A stretch of 64,000 bases of DNA from Elusimicrobiota bacterium (GCA_027452025.1 DAIDHI010000080.1:58-64057); one strand, 5' to 3'. Numbered from the stretch's first letter, positions 41,700 to 51,803 are shown. The notes: generated by a model not told the origin, from the sequence alone. Made by a program: numbers and translations.

Positions 41700-44074
41700 T
41701 GCGTACCCTGCGGCGCGCCGTCAAACGGCTCCTCCAGGCCCTCGGCCTGCTCCTCACGCTGACGACCGCGCTCCTGACGGCCTTCATCGCCCGTCCCGAA
41801 TGGTTCCTGACCTCGAGTCGCGTCGAGAGGCTGGCGCGCCGGTTCGGCAAGGCCTATCAGCCCTCATGGACGAGCTTCCATTTCGAGATCGTGTCCCGAA
41901 GCTTCCGCGACAAGACCGTCTCGGTCCGCGTGAAAGACCTGCGCTTCGACGATCCCGCCGCCGGCGCTTCCGGACTGGCGTCCACGGCGGCCGTGACCGT
42001 CAGCTTCCGCCTCGGCCTGCGTCCCCTCGTCCGGCTGACCAGGCTGGACTCGGCCGAGCTCGACGCGCGCTGGCTGCGGCTCGACGAGCGCGGGCCGCGC
42101 CCGGCCAAGCCGGCCAGGAAGACGGTGGAGCGCTACGTCTCGCTGCCGAACCTCCTGCCCGGGCCGGCGCGCTCGATGACATTCGGGGTCGTCGACCTGC
42201 GCGCCCGGCGATTCGTGATCCTGCGCTCGAGCGGCTCTCTGTCCGGCTCGGCCTGGGCGCGCTATCCGTGGCGCAGCCGGCCGCAGCTCGACGCCGCCTC
42301 CGACGTGATCTCGCGCTCGGCCGCGGGCGCCTCGCGCTGGCGCGCCCGCGCGGCCGTGACCTCCGACGTGTTCCAGAAAGGCGGCCTGACCTATCTCCAG
42401 GCGCGGGCGGACTTGGCGGGCCCGGGCTCGACGGCCAAGCTGAGCGCGCGGGTGTTCCAATCCGGGCCCCGGCAGACCCGGCTTCGCGCCGTCGCCGGCG
42501 GCCGCATCGGCGGGCACGCTTTCACCGCCGACCTAGCCGGCTCGCAGACGCCCGCGGCCTACGCCCTGCGCGGCTCGCTGGCCGTACTCGCTCCGACGCC
42601 GCGGCTGCGCTCCGTCTCCTTGGACGACTGCCGCCTCGACGTTCCCCTGCGCAAGGGCTCCCTTTCGCCGCGCGCGCTGACGCTCGATTGCCAGCTCGCG
42701 CTGGCGCCCGCGCCGTTCGGCCCGTCGCCCAACGCCGTTCCCAAGACCATCGCGGGGCGCGTCGCCTTCGACGCCGACGTCAAGAGCTACACGCTGGAGG
42801 GCAAGCCCGACGCCTTCGACGCCCGCCTAGACGCTGCGCTTGGGCCGATGCGCGGCTGGTACCGGTTCGACGCGCGCCTCCAGCTCCAGGCCTCCGGACG
42901 GCTCGCCGCGCTGCCCGCGAGCCTCAAAGCCCGGCACCGCTTGAGCGCCCGCCTGCGCGTGGCGCGCTTCCGCGACCTGGTCGAGTTCCTCAAAGGCACG
43001 AAATACGCCATTCCAGCCCCGCTCAACGTCCTGGAAGGCTCGATCGGCGCCTCGTTTTACGGCTCGGGCGACGCGCGCAGCCCCTCCCAGACGTTCGATT
43101 ATCGCGCGGGAACGGACCTCTCGGGCGCCGGCGAGCGCCTGAAGGTCTCCGTCGCCGGCTCGCTGCTCGCCAAGCGGCTCTTCGAGCCCTCGCGCTCCTT
43201 TTTTGACCGCACCGACGTCGACTTGGAGGAGGTGTCCGTCGAGCTGCCCTATCTGCGCCTGGGGCCGCTGCCGAAGGTGTTCGTCGACAGCCGGATCCAG
43301 ACCGGAGCCGCTTCGCGGCGCGCGGTCGACCCCGTGCCCCCCCCGCCCGCCGAGGCCGTGGCGGGCTCCACCGCGTCCGTGGTCGACTACGACGCGCGCG
43401 TGTTCACCTCCTCGCCCGCCGTGGTCCGGTCCAATCTCGCCAAGACGCCGGTCCCGGTCTCTCTGCGCCTGCGCGCCAGGCCGCAAGCCGTGAGCGGCAC
43501 GATCGCGATCGGGCGCTTCGAAGCCGAGCTGTTCCGGCAGCTGGCCGTCATCGACCACGTGATCCTGACCGAGCACCCGGGCGCCTCGGCGCTCGGCCTC
43601 GACGGCCTCGTCACCTATAAGCGTCCGGAAGCGACGATCTACATCCATCTGCTCGGCAGCACCTCCAAGCCGCAGGTCGCCCTGTCCAGCGACCCTCCGA
43701 TGACGCGAGACGAGATCCTGGCCCTGCTGCTCTACGGCCAGCCGCCGGACGCGCTCGACGAAGATCAGCGCAGCAACGTCGGAAACGCCTCCAACGGCAT
43801 GGCCGCGGGAGCCTTCGGCCTGGCCTCGCTCTATCTCTTCGCCTCCACGCCCGTGGAATACGTGGGCTACGATCCGGCGACGCAGACCTACGCCGTGCGG
43901 CTGAAGCTTCCGGGCGGGGTGCACATGCAGCTGGGCTCCTCGGCGCTGCAGGAATCGCGCACGCTCACGCTGCGCAAGCGGCTGGCGCCCCATTGGCAGA
44001 TCGAGACGCAAGCCGCGACCAGCCAGCAAGGCAACGCCATCACCACGTTCCTCGAGTGGTTCGAACGCTACTAG
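41699..44074 (+). CDS. TamB-like translocation and assembly module protein (DUF490 C-terminus)
   Basis: N-terminal TM anchor, long beta-rich body. C-terminal DEILALLLYGQPP...TFLEWFERY resembling the TamB DUF490 end. Start overlaps the TamA stop. Confidence 0.6.
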   Translation: MRTLRRAVKRLLQALGLLLTLTTALLTAFIARPEWFLTSSRVERLARRFGKAYQPSWTSFHFEIVSRSFRDKTVSVRVKDLRFDDPAAGASGLASTAAVTVSFRLGLRPLVRLTRLDSAELDARWLRLDERGPRPAKPARKTVERYVSLPNLLPGPARSMTFGVVDLRARRFVILRSSGSLSGSAWARYPWRSRPQLDAASDVISRSAAGASRWRARAAVTSDVFQKGGLTYLQARADLAGPGSTAKLSARVFQSGPRQTRLRAVAGGRIGGHAFTADLAGSQTPAAYALRGSLAVLAPTPRLRSVSLDDCRLDVPLRKGSLSPRALTLDCQLALAPAPFGPSPNAVPKTIAGRVAFDADVKSYTLEGKPDAFDARLDAALGPMRGWYRFDARLQLQASGRLAALPASLKARHRLSARLRVARFRDLVEFLKGTKYAIPAPLNVLEGSIGASFYGSGDARSPSQTFDYRAGTDLSGAGERLKVSVAGSLLAKRLFEPSRSFFDRTDVDLEEVSVELPYLRLGPLPKVFVDSRIQTGAASRRAVDPVPPPPAEAVAGSTASVVDYDARVFTSSPAVVRSNLAKTPVPVSLRLRARPQAVSGTIAIGRFEAELFRQLAVIDHVILTEHPGASALGLDGLVTYKRPEATIYIHLLGSTSKPQVALSSDPPMTRDEILALLLYGQPPDALDEDQRSNVGNASNGMAAGAFGLASLYLFASTPVEYVGYDPATQTYAVRLKLPGGVHMQLGSSALQESRTLTLRKRLAPHWQIETQAATSQQGNAITTFLEWFERY

Positions 44075-44086
44075 GCGGAGCTTGAT

Positions 44087-44155
44087 GGTGTCAGGCCTTG
44101 AATTGTTTGACTTGTTTGCCGAGCAAACAAGTCAAACAATTCAAGGCCTGACACC
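44087..44155. repeat. 69-bp perfect AT-rich palindrome (32-bp arms, 5-nt loop) between convergent genes; likely bidirectional terminator / REP- or MITE-like element
   Basis: GGTGTCAGGCCTTGAATTGTTTGACTTGTTTG-ccgag-CAAACAAGTCAAACAATTCAAGGCCTGACACC. Shares GGTGTCAG/CTGACACC termini with the repeat at 12418-12476. Confidence 0.8.
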
Positions 44156-44163
44156 AAGCCCAG

Positions 44164-44679
44164 TCAGTAGCCGCCGGGAACGGCGCCGTAGGGACCCGGC
44201 ACGGACGGAGCCGGCCGCTCGGGCGGGATCGCCGGCTCCGCTTCCTCGCGGGAAAGCTCCGACCAGAATTGCCGGATCTCGCGGGGCAAGATGAACCGGA
44301 TCGCCCGTACTTCGCCCGGGGATAAATGCTCCTCGACGACCCGGAACACCGCCCGCGCCGCGAGCGCGCCGTCGAGACCCGGCTGGCCGCGCAGGGCGTC
44401 GCCGATCGCGCGCAAGAACCGGTCCTTGGTGTAGCGCCGGGGCTTGCGCCGCGGCTTCCAGCCGTCGAAAAAGACGCCTCGCACGAGCAGCGGCATCTGG
44501 GACGAGAACTTGGCCGTCTCGTCGACGGGCATGCAGTCGCGCAGCGCATGCAGCACGGCCCTCAGCGCCGAATAGGCGCGGGGCCGGTCCGTCGAGTGGA
44601 TCTCCGACTCCACCCCCTTGATCCAGAGGTTCGTCTTTTGGAGCGACGAATCGAAGACGTCGATGTTCCTCACCGCCAT
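44164..44679 (-). CDS. DUF2267 domain protein
   Basis: Two-helix-bundle repeat pattern typical of DUF2267 (YALRAVLHALRD ... FLRAIGDALRG). Confidence 0.6.
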   Translation of the reverse strand: MAVRNIDVFDSSLQKTNLWIKGVESEIHSTDRPRAYSALRAVLHALRDCMPVDETAKFSSQMPLLVRGVFFDGWKPRRKPRRYTKDRFLRAIGDALRGQPGLDGALAARAVFRVVEEHLSPGEVRAIRFILPREIRQFWSELSREEAEPAIPPERPAPSVPGPYGAVPGGY

Positions 44680-44710
44680 AAATCCTCCCTCACTGGATTG
44701 TATCGGGCGG

Positions 44711-45655
44711 CTAGACCGACGGGACTGGGCGAGCTTGCAACTGTTTTGTGGCGGGAATGAGACGCTGGATCGCCTCCGCCATCCCCCTCGCGGCGGCTTC
44801 CTCGCCCGCGGCGTTGGGCCACGGCAGGCCCGGACGCAGCCGATAGCGCTTGAGCGGCGGCCTCAGGTCGCCGACCCCGTCATGAAAGGGAAGGCCGCAG
44901 GCGGCCGCGTACGTCCGGTAGGCCTGACGGACGGGCTCGGCGTCTCGAAGCGACCGCAAGGCGGGATCGGGGAACAGGACGACGACCCCCGGAACGCGGG
45001 CGCGGCGCAGGATCCTCGCGACGAGCGCCAAGTTGTCCCGGATCGACTTCGGATGAAACGGGATCGCGGGCCTGGGCCGCGACCAATAGGAGCGTTCCAT
45101 GTACCAGCGCAGCAAGACGCTGTGCGTCCTGAGGAAGTTCTTGAGGCGGGGAAAAGGATACCGCGCCTTGGCCAGAGGAGGCCCTTGGTCCAAGGCGGCT
45201 TCGAAGACCACGAGATCGGGGTGCCATTGCAGCGCCCGCGCCTTGAGGAACTCCCGCTCCTGGCCGAACTGGTAATGGTACATCGAAGCGTTGATCACAA
45301 CCAGCCGCATGCCCCGCGGCGGCCGGAGCAGGCCTTCCAGGCGGCGGACGAAGCCGGCCGCCTCCGGCAGCCCCAAAGCGAACGCCGGCTCGTCTCCGAC
45401 GACGACGACCCGGTATTCGCCGGCGGGCTTGGCCTTCGGGATGTCGCGCTCGCGCAGGCCGTCGGCGTTGATGCGGGTAAACGCCCCTTCCTTCATGCCG
45501 GCGGCCCCAGGACGCAGCTCGAAGCCGAGGCCGGGATCGAGGCTGTCCTCGTAGACGAGCGCGTCCTCGTGAATCACGGCCCTGGCGACGGCCTCCGCGC
45601 AGGCGGCCGCGGCGACAAGCGCGCAGGCGGCCGCGGCTATGGTCCTCGGCAACAT
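44711..45655 (-). CDS. SGNH/GDSL-like hydrolase family protein
   Basis: Signal peptide. RVVVVGDEPAF GDS-like block. C-terminal DxxH-like region. Moderate. Confidence 0.55.
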   Translation of the reverse strand: MLPRTIAAAACALVAAAACAEAVARAVIHEDALVYEDSLDPGLGFELRPGAAGMKEGAFTRINADGLRERDIPKAKPAGEYRVVVVGDEPAFALGLPEAAGFVRRLEGLLRPPRGMRLVVINASMYHYQFGQEREFLKARALQWHPDLVVFEAALDQGPPLAKARYPFPRLKNFLRTHSVLLRWYMERSYWSRPRPAIPFHPKSIRDNLALVARILRRARVPGVVVLFPDPALRSLRDAEPVRQAYRTYAAACGLPFHDGVGDLRPPLKRYRLRPGLPWPNAAGEEAAARGMAEAIQRLIPATKQLQARPVPSV

Positions 45656-45773
45656 CTCGTGCTCAGATTATCAACTTTTCCGGCAACCCACAACCCGGGC
45701 ATAAATCACTGACGAAACGGCTATCCCGCCGGCTTCGCCTCGGGCGCCTATAATTCGAGCAAGGAGGAAAACC

Positions 45774-46346
45774 ATGAACTCTTGGAAACCATGCATAAGA
45801 CGGGCGCTCGCGGCCGTCGGCGCGACGGCGCTGGCGCTGAGCGTGCTGGCGCTGCCGTCCGCCGTGTCCGCGGACACCGAAAGCGACGCGCACCCGCATA
45901 CGGGCGTGTCGATCGGAGGCAACGCGACGTACTTTCACGGCAACAAGGGCACGGCCGACGGCTGGTACGGCGGGGCGGACCTGCGGCTGCAATTCGCTCC
46001 CGCCTTGGCGCTGGAAGGCTCGGTCAACTACCAGCAGGATCGTTCCATCGACTACTACCCGGTCCAGGCGTCGCTGCTGGTCTACCTGACGCCGCAATAT
46101 CGCTTGAGCCCCTACATCCTGGGCGGCGGCACGTGGTATCTTCAAAGCGGGCCGGGCAACATGGGCAATTCGTTCGGGCCGCACGCGGGCGCAGGCCTGG
46201 AGCTCTATCTCAGCCGCGACTGGTCCATCGACAGCTCGTGGCGCTACATGTGGCTCCAGAACACCGGCACGGGCACGAACTACTTCAACCGCAGCTACAG
46301 CAGCAACACCTGGATGGTGCAGTCGGGCCTGCACTACCACTTCTAA
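45774..46346 (+). CDS. outer-membrane beta-barrel protein (OmpA-like barrel family)
   Basis: AGGAGG SD, signal peptide, alternating aromatic/Gly strands. C-terminal GLHYHF. Confidence 0.65.
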   Translation: MNSWKPCIRRALAAVGATALALSVLALPSAVSADTESDAHPHTGVSIGGNATYFHGNKGTADGWYGGADLRLQFAPALALEGSVNYQQDRSIDYYPVQASLLVYLTPQYRLSPYILGGGTWYLQSGPGNMGNSFGPHAGAGLELYLSRDWSIDSSWRYMWLQNTGTGTNYFNRSYSSNTWMVQSGLHYHF

Positions 46347-47236
46347 AAGAGGCGGACCGCGCCCCGGACGCCGCTGGAATCGCCGTGCCGGGCCCGGGCC
46401 AGCTTGGTGCGGACGTCGTCGGAGAAGACGTAGCGCCCCCAGAGCCGCGGGACGGACTGATAGAGCCGCGCGAGGTTGGAGAGCCCGCCGCCGAGCACGA
46501 TCACCTCGGGATCGAGGACGTTGATGACGGTGGCCAGCGCCCGGGCGAGGCGGTCCTCGTAGCGCTCAAGCGCCGCCGCCGCCCGAGGCTCTCCGGCGGC
46601 GGCCCGACGCGCGACCTCCTCGGACGCGACCCGCGTTTTCGCGCCCGGCTCGTAGTCGCGCGCCAGGCCCGGGCCCGACAAGAAGGTCTCGATGCAGCCG
46701 CGCTTGCCGCAGTAGCAGGACGGTCCCGGGCGCTCGTCGTCGGCCGGCCAGGGCAGCGGGTTGTGCCCCCACTCGCCGGTGATGGCGTTGGGGCCGGAGA
46801 GGATGCGTCCCGAAACCACCACGCCCCCGCCCACGCCCGTGCCGAGGATCGCGCCGAAGACGCAAGAGGCTCCGGCGGCGGCCCCGTCGGCCGCTTCCGA
46901 AAGGGCGAAACAGTCGGCGTCGTTGGCCAGCCGCACCGGCCGGCCCAGCGCCCGCGCCAAGTCCCGGTCCAGGGGCTTGCCGATGAGGCACGTCGAGTTG
47001 GCGTTCTTGACGAGGCCGGTGGCGGGCGAGAGCGCGCCCGGCATGGCGACGCCGATTCCCGCCGCCCGCGCTCCCGTCCGCTCCTCGGCCCGCCGGACGA
47101 GGCCGACGATGGCCGAAAGCGTCGCCTCGTAATCGCCGGCCGGCGTGGGCACGCGCTCCCGGAAGAGCTCCCGGTCCCCGCCGTCCAGGACGGCGGCCTC
47201 GATCTTGGTGCCGCCCAAGTCGACGCCGATGCGCAC
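46343..47236 (-). CDS. ROK family sugar kinase (N-acetylglucosamine kinase-like)
   Basis: MRIGVDLGGTKIE N-terminus. CxCGxxGCxE zinc motif (CYCGKRGCIE). Confidence 0.8.
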   Translation of the reverse strand: MRIGVDLGGTKIEAAVLDGGDRELFRERVPTPAGDYEATLSAIVGLVRRAEERTGARAAGIGVAMPGALSPATGLVKNANSTCLIGKPLDRDLARALGRPVRLANDADCFALSEAADGAAAGASCVFGAILGTGVGGGVVVSGRILSGPNAITGEWGHNPLPWPADDERPGPSCYCGKRGCIETFLSGPGLARDYEPGAKTRVASEEVARRAAAGEPRAAAALERYEDRLARALATVINVLDPEVIVLGGGLSNLARLYQSVPRLWGRYVFSDDVRTKLARARHGDSSGVRGAVRLF

Positions 47237-47253
47237 GCCGCTAGACTAGCCTA

Positions 47254-47733
47254 TTATGGCGACGTCTGCACGCCCCCCGAAGGCGTCGCCGCCGCGCCCT
47301 GGCCGGCCGCCCCCGCCGCCGGGCGCTTGACCTCGACGAGGACCAAGTCGCAGGCATGATCGCCCGTGGCCGCGGCGCCGCGCTGGGCGGCGTCCGACCA
47401 GATGACTTGGTCCTTCTTCGTGTTCAGGTCCCACGTCCGTCCGTCCGCGGACTCCAGCCGCAGAGAGCAGTCCTGAAGCGAATACATCATCTCGTTGGGC
47501 GTATCCGGCATCGTGACGCGCTGGCCGGGACTGATCGACAGCCGGCTCACGCGCACTTGCGCGTTGTCGTAGATGGGCTGCGCCTGGCCCGGCAAGGGCG
47601 CCTCTCCGGCCGGCTGCACGTTGGTGGCGGACGGGGAACTCGACGACGCCTGGGCCGTGGCCTCGCCGGCGCGGGTGTGAGCGCACGCGCACCCCAGCAC
47701 GGCGGCCGCGGCCAAGAGAAACAGTCTCTTCAT
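47254..47733 (-). CDS. hypothetical lipoprotein
   Basis: AAGGAGG SD. MKRLFLLAAAAVLGCACA lipobox. Start moved to the internal Met. Confidence 0.55.
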   Translation of the reverse strand: MKRLFLLAAAAVLGCACAHTRAGEATAQASSSSPSATNVQPAGEAPLPGQAQPIYDNAQVRVSRLSISPGQRVTMPDTPNEMMYSLQDCSLRLESADGRTWDLNTKKDQVIWSDAAQRGAAATGDHACDLVLVEVKRPAAGAAGQGAAATPSGGVQTSP

Positions 47734-47804
47734 GGCTGCCTCCTTTGCGACGCCTCCAGTATAGCCGGACGGACGCGACGATCCTCGGACGGGGCGCAAA
47801 CGAG

Positions 47805-48467
47805 TCAGTGAAGCAGCGCGGCCCAGTCCAGCCGCAGAAGGTCGCCGATGCGCGGGACCGCGACGTCGGCCCAGTCCCCCCGCGAGACACCCGCCGCGTA
47901 ATGCCCCTGGCGGGGCCACACGGTGATCACGCGGTCCTTCCACGCTCTCTTGACGGCCTTCAGGATGCGCGGCTTGTCGTCGACGAGCACATAGCGCCGG
48001 GCGGGATACAGACGCTCGACGTCGCGCAGGTTCTTCTCCTTGTGCACGTAGACGAGGGCCCGGCCGCCCGTCGCGCGGGAAAGGCCCGACGCGCGGGTCT
48101 TGAGCGGCTGGAACACGGCGTCGCCGTCGGTGAAGAGCACGGTCCTCCCGAGGCGGCGCAAAAGCCCGAGGACCCGCCGCGCGCGCGGGTAGACGCGGCG
48201 GGCGAAGGGATAGTCGATCAAGAAGGCGGAGACTTGGGCGAAATGCTGGTCGGCGGGATAGCGCGCCCGATAGCGCTGGACGGCGCCCAGATAGTCGGCG
48301 TAGCCGAGCTCCCGGCGCAGGCTCTCGAAGATGCGCCAGTAAAGCCTCTGGCGCGCGGCGCCGATCTGGCGATTGAGATGCCGGCGCAAGTCGGCCGCCA
48401 CCGTGTCGTTGTCGAGCAGGGTGTTGTCGACGTCGAGCAGGAAGACGACGCGGCCGATGCGCTTCAC
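47805..48467 (-). CDS. HAD-family hydrolase
   Basis: FLLDVDNTLLD motif I (DxD). Later K and DD motifs (FTDGDAV, VLVDDKP). Confidence 0.7.
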   Translation of the reverse strand: MKRIGRVVFLLDVDNTLLDNDTVAADLRRHLNRQIGAARQRLYWRIFESLRRELGYADYLGAVQRYRARYPADQHFAQVSAFLIDYPFARRVYPRARRVLGLLRRLGRTVLFTDGDAVFQPLKTRASGLSRATGGRALVYVHKEKNLRDVERLYPARRYVLVDDKPRILKAVKRAWKDRVITVWPRQGHYAAGVSRGDWADVAVPRIGDLLRLDWAALLH

Positions 48468-49000
48468 GAGCCGAGCACGGCCTCCGGCCTGAGATAATGG
48501 CAGGTGTAGCCGCCGGGGTCCTTCTGCAGGTAGTCCTGATGGTAATCTTCGGCGGGATAAAACGGCCCCGCGGGCGAGATCTCGGTGACCAGCGGCGCGC
48601 CCCAGCCGCCCGCCTCGTCGATCCTCCTCTTGAGCGCCTCGGCGGCCTTGCGCTGCTCCTCGGTATGGAAGAAGATCGCCGAGCGGTAGGAGGTGCCGAC
48701 GTCGTTGCCCTGCCGGTTGAGGGTCGTCGGATCGTGCATGCGGAAGAACCAGCGCAGGAGGACCTCGAAGGGCAGCCGGTCCGGGTCGTATTCGACGCGC
48801 ACGGCCTCGGCGTGGCCCGTGGCGCCGGAATGGACGGCCTCGTAGCGCGGGTTGGGCGTGCGCCCCCCGGTATAGCCGACTTCCGTGCGCGTCACGCCGG
48901 GGATGCGGCGCAGCAGCTCCTGCATGCCCCAGAAGCAGCCTCCCGCCAGGTCCACCGTCTCCGTCCGCTTGCGCTCGGTCATGTCCTCGGTCTCCGCCAA
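48464..49000 (-). CDS. msrA: peptide methionine sulfoxide reductase A
   Basis: AGGCFWGMQ active-site motif. Confidence 0.9.
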   Translation of the reverse strand: MAETEDMTERKRTETVDLAGGCFWGMQELLRRIPGVTRTEVGYTGGRTPNPRYEAVHSGATGHAEAVRVEYDPDRLPFEVLLRWFFRMHDPTTLNRQGNDVGTSYRSAIFFHTEEQRKAAEALKRRIDEAGGWGAPLVTEISPAGPFYPAEDYHQDYLQKDPGGYTCHYLRPEAVLGS

Positions 49001-49048
49001 ATGGTATAGTGCGCTGCCGGGGAAAAATTACTTTAAAAGGAAGACGAC

Positions 49049-49474
49049 ATGCCAGGGCACTTCAAGAAACGCCGCCACGCGCCGGGACCGAGCAAGAACG
49101 AGGAGAAGATCATGCGCGCCCGCCGCGCCGAGAATCAAACCCGCCTGGGCTCCCGCCACGCCGCCGTGCGTCAACTGCGCGCGGAATTGGTGTTCCTCGA
49201 CGCCCACCAGACGGAGCTCGACCGCAAGGCCGTGACCCGCGGACCCTCGGACGCCGCCTCGCTTTCCTTCTCCTGTCCCGGCCTCTGCGGGCGCAGCGTC
49301 TTCGACCTGGAGCCGCTGCTTTTGCAGAACGTGGCGTCCCGAGCGCCCTCCTTCGAGGTCGGTCTAAAATGCGCGGCGCAGGTCGCCTCCTCCGGCCAGC
49401 CCTGCGGCTGCGAGCTCAAGGGCCGCATCGACATCGACTACTTCCCGGCCGAGAACCCCGCCCCCGGCGCCTGA
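49049..49474 (+). CDS. hypothetical Cys-rich protein
   Basis: SD aaaggaag upstream. No recognisable domain. Confidence 0.35.
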   Translation: MPGHFKKRRHAPGPSKNEEKIMRARRAENQTRLGSRHAAVRQLRAELVFLDAHQTELDRKAVTRGPSDAASLSFSCPGLCGRSVFDLEPLLLQNVASRAPSFEVGLKCAAQVASSGQPCGCELKGRIDIDYFPAENPAPGA

Positions 49475-49634
49475 CGCTCCGGGCTCGAGGGCAGCCTGCT
49501 TTTCCGCCCGACAGCCCGGGTCCCTTGGCCCGCGCGGAGGGCGCGCACGACGGCGAATCTATGATCCCCATCATGGTCGCCGCATTGCCGCACTGGTAAA
49601 CTTCGAAAGCCCAGGAGGGCCCGACCCGCCAACC

Positions 49635-50300
49635 GTGCTGTCATCAAAGGAGATTCGCCGCTTCCTCGCCTGCATCAAGCCCTTCGCCGCGCTGCCCAGC
49701 CGGGAGCTCGACCGCGTCGCCAGCCACGCCGTGAGCCGGCGATTCCTGGACGGGGAGACGGTCTACGAGGAAAGCGCCGCGGCCGAGAGCATCTGGATCG
49801 TCCATCAGGGCCGCGTCGTCGTCTTTAAGAACGCGCCGCTCCAGGGCCGCTTCCCGATCGAGTCGCTGGGCCCGGGCGAGGTCTTCGGCGCCTTCTGCCG
49901 CCTCGGCGAGGATTCCGGGAAATACCCCTGCTCGGCCCTGGCCGCAGGCAAGGCGACGATCATCCGCCTGCCCGAGCGCTCCTTCTTCGAGCCTTACGAC
50001 GGCAACTCCGCCTTCGCCCGCCAGGCTTGCGCGCTCTGCTCGGTGCGCCTGGCGATCACGCTCACTCTCAGGAACGTCGATCAAGCGCCGGTCGAGACGC
50101 GCGTCGCCCACACGCTCGCGCGCCTGCACCGCGTCTACGGGGCGACGATCCCCTTGACCAAGCGCGAGCTCGCCGAGCTCGTCGGCTCAGCCCTAGAGAC
50201 CACCTTCCGGGCGCTGGCCAAACTCCAGCGCCAGGGAGTGGTCTTTTCCTCGCGCGGCAGGATCGAGATCAAGAAGCCGGAGCGGCTGACGGCTTCTTAG
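49635..50300 (+). CDS. Crp/Fnr family transcriptional regulator
   Basis: cNMP-binding beta-roll (GEVFGA...). C-terminal HTH (TKRELAELVGSALETTFRALAKLQRQG). Confidence 0.8.
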   Translation: MLSSKEIRRFLACIKPFAALPSRELDRVASHAVSRRFLDGETVYEESAAAESIWIVHQGRVVVFKNAPLQGRFPIESLGPGEVFGAFCRLGEDSGKYPCSALAAGKATIIRLPERSFFEPYDGNSAFARQACALCSVRLAITLTLRNVDQAPVETRVAHTLARLHRVYGATIPLTKRELAELVGSALETTFRALAKLQRQGVVFSSRGRIEIKKPERLTAS

Positions 50301-50302
50301 CC

Positions 50303-50902
50303 CTACTCGACGCGAAAGACCTGCCCCGTCTGCGCGCCCTCCACGCTCTTGGCGTAGGCCAGCGCCACCCGCGCGCCGGCCACGGGCTCGTAGCCCCGGA
50401 AATAGGGCCCGAAATCCTTCATCGACTCGGCGAGCACTCCGGGGCAAACGGCGTTGATGCGCCGGCCGCGCGAAAGCTCCACGGCCGCCGCGACGCAGAA
50501 CGAGTTGATCGCGCCGTTGACCATGGAAGCGGAGCTGCCGAAGCGGATCGGGTCGCGGTCGAGGATTCCGGAGGTCAGAGTGAAGGAGCCTCCGTCGCTG
50601 ACGTGCTCGCGGCCGAGGAGCACCAGGTTGACCTGCCCCATGAGCTTGTCCTTGAGGCCGATCTCGAAGCCGCTTGCGTCGAGCTGCTCGAGCGGCGCGA
50701 ACTTCACGCGCCCGGCCGCCGACACGACGGCGTCGACTTTGCCGAGCTTCGCGAACGCCGCCCTGATCGACTCGACCGAGGTGATGTCGACGCGAATGTC
50801 GCCCGTCTTGCTGCCGCCCGAAACGATCTCGTGCCGCGAGCCCAGCTCCGCGGCCACGGCCCGCCCGATGGTGCCCGACGCGCCCACGAGGAATATTTTC
50901 AT
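50303..50902 (-). CDS. SDR-family NAD(P)-dependent oxidoreductase
   Basis: MKIFLVGASGTIGRAVA Rossmann motif. Short-chain dehydrogenase length. Confidence 0.8.
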   Translation of the reverse strand: MKIFLVGASGTIGRAVAAELGSRHEIVSGGSKTGDIRVDITSVESIRAAFAKLGKVDAVVSAAGRVKFAPLEQLDASGFEIGLKDKLMGQVNLVLLGREHVSDGGSFTLTSGILDRDPIRFGSSASMVNGAINSFCVAAAVELSRGRRINAVCPGVLAESMKDFGPYFRGYEPVAGARVALAYAKSVEGAQTGQVFRVE

Positions 50903-50944
50903 GGGCCGATTATGACAATTCCAGGGGGCGGGCCGCGACGCCGG

Positions 50945-51496
50945 CTACTGATTTCCGCCAGAGGGCTGCGTCGACTCGCCGAGCTTGCCCTGCAGACGCT
51001 TGGCCTCGCCCAGGTGCCGGGCGACGGTCTCCCGGGTGCTCTCGATGAACCGCCGGAATTCCTTGTTCGACGTGGAAGCCAGGGCCGAATCGAGCTTGTC
51101 GAGCGCCTGCTGGTGCTCCTTGATCTGCGCTTCGATGTAGGCGGCGTCGAAGCCGCCGGCGCCCCGCGCCTGCAGCTGCTGCGTCGTCTCCTGCGCCTGG
51201 CTCGACAAGGCCTGGACCTCCGACGTCGCCTCCGGCTGTATTCCCTGGCGCTTGTCGACGGACGCCAACTGGGAGTCGTTCTTGCTGTGGTCTCGCAGCA
51301 TCATATGGGCGAAGCGCTTGACCGCCGGCGACTGGGCGCTCTGCTCGGCGACCTTCGCCTGGGAGATCTCCGCGTGGTTGATCGCCTGGATCATCGCCGC
51401 CGTCTGCGCGTCCGCGGGGCCCTGGTTGGAAGTCCCTTGAGCGAAAGCCGTCGCCGCCAGCGCCGCCGCCGAGACCGCCAAGATCAATCTGTTCAT
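50945..51496 (-). CDS. DUF4142 domain protein (periplasmic)
   Basis: AAGGAGG SD. Signal peptide MNRLILAVSAAALAATAFA. Paired helical repeats with HAEISQAK / EAQIKEHQQAL typical of DUF4142. Start moved. Confidence 0.6.
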   Translation of the reverse strand: MNRLILAVSAAALAATAFAQGTSNQGPADAQTAAMIQAINHAEISQAKVAEQSAQSPAVKRFAHMMLRDHSKNDSQLASVDKRQGIQPEATSEVQALSSQAQETTQQLQARGAGGFDAAYIEAQIKEHQQALDKLDSALASTSNKEFRRFIESTRETVARHLGEAKRLQGKLGESTQPSGGNQ

Positions 51497-51676
51497 AGTG
51501 TTCCTCCTTGGTTGGGCGGTCATTCTACCAGCGCGCCGCGACGGCCCGGCGTCGGCCGCGTAAGCAAGGCCGGACGGACGTCGCCGGCGTTGAATTACCT
51601 GGAGTTGCGGAAAATCGGCGGTCCCCGTCAAGCAAAAGCCCTTCCGCGAGGAAGGGCTTATCCGGCAGGGTCGAGA

Positions 51677-51751
51677 TGGTGGGCAGTATAGGATTCGAAC
51701 CTATGACCCCTGTCGTGTGAGGACAGTGCTCTACCGCTGAGCTAACTGCCC
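51677..51751 (-). tRNA. tRNA-Val (anticodon CAC)
   Basis: Minus strand GGGCAGUUAGCUCAGCGGUAGAGCACUGUCCUCACACGACAGGGGGUCAUAGGUUCGAAUCCUAUACUGCCCACCA. 7-bp acceptor stem, GGUUCGAAUCC T-arm, anticodon loop CUCACAC, encoded CCA. Confidence 0.9.
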
Positions 51752-51803
51752 GCAAAGCGGTTCGTTGATTATAGCAATTTCCCGATTTGCCACTCGCAGC
51801 CAA

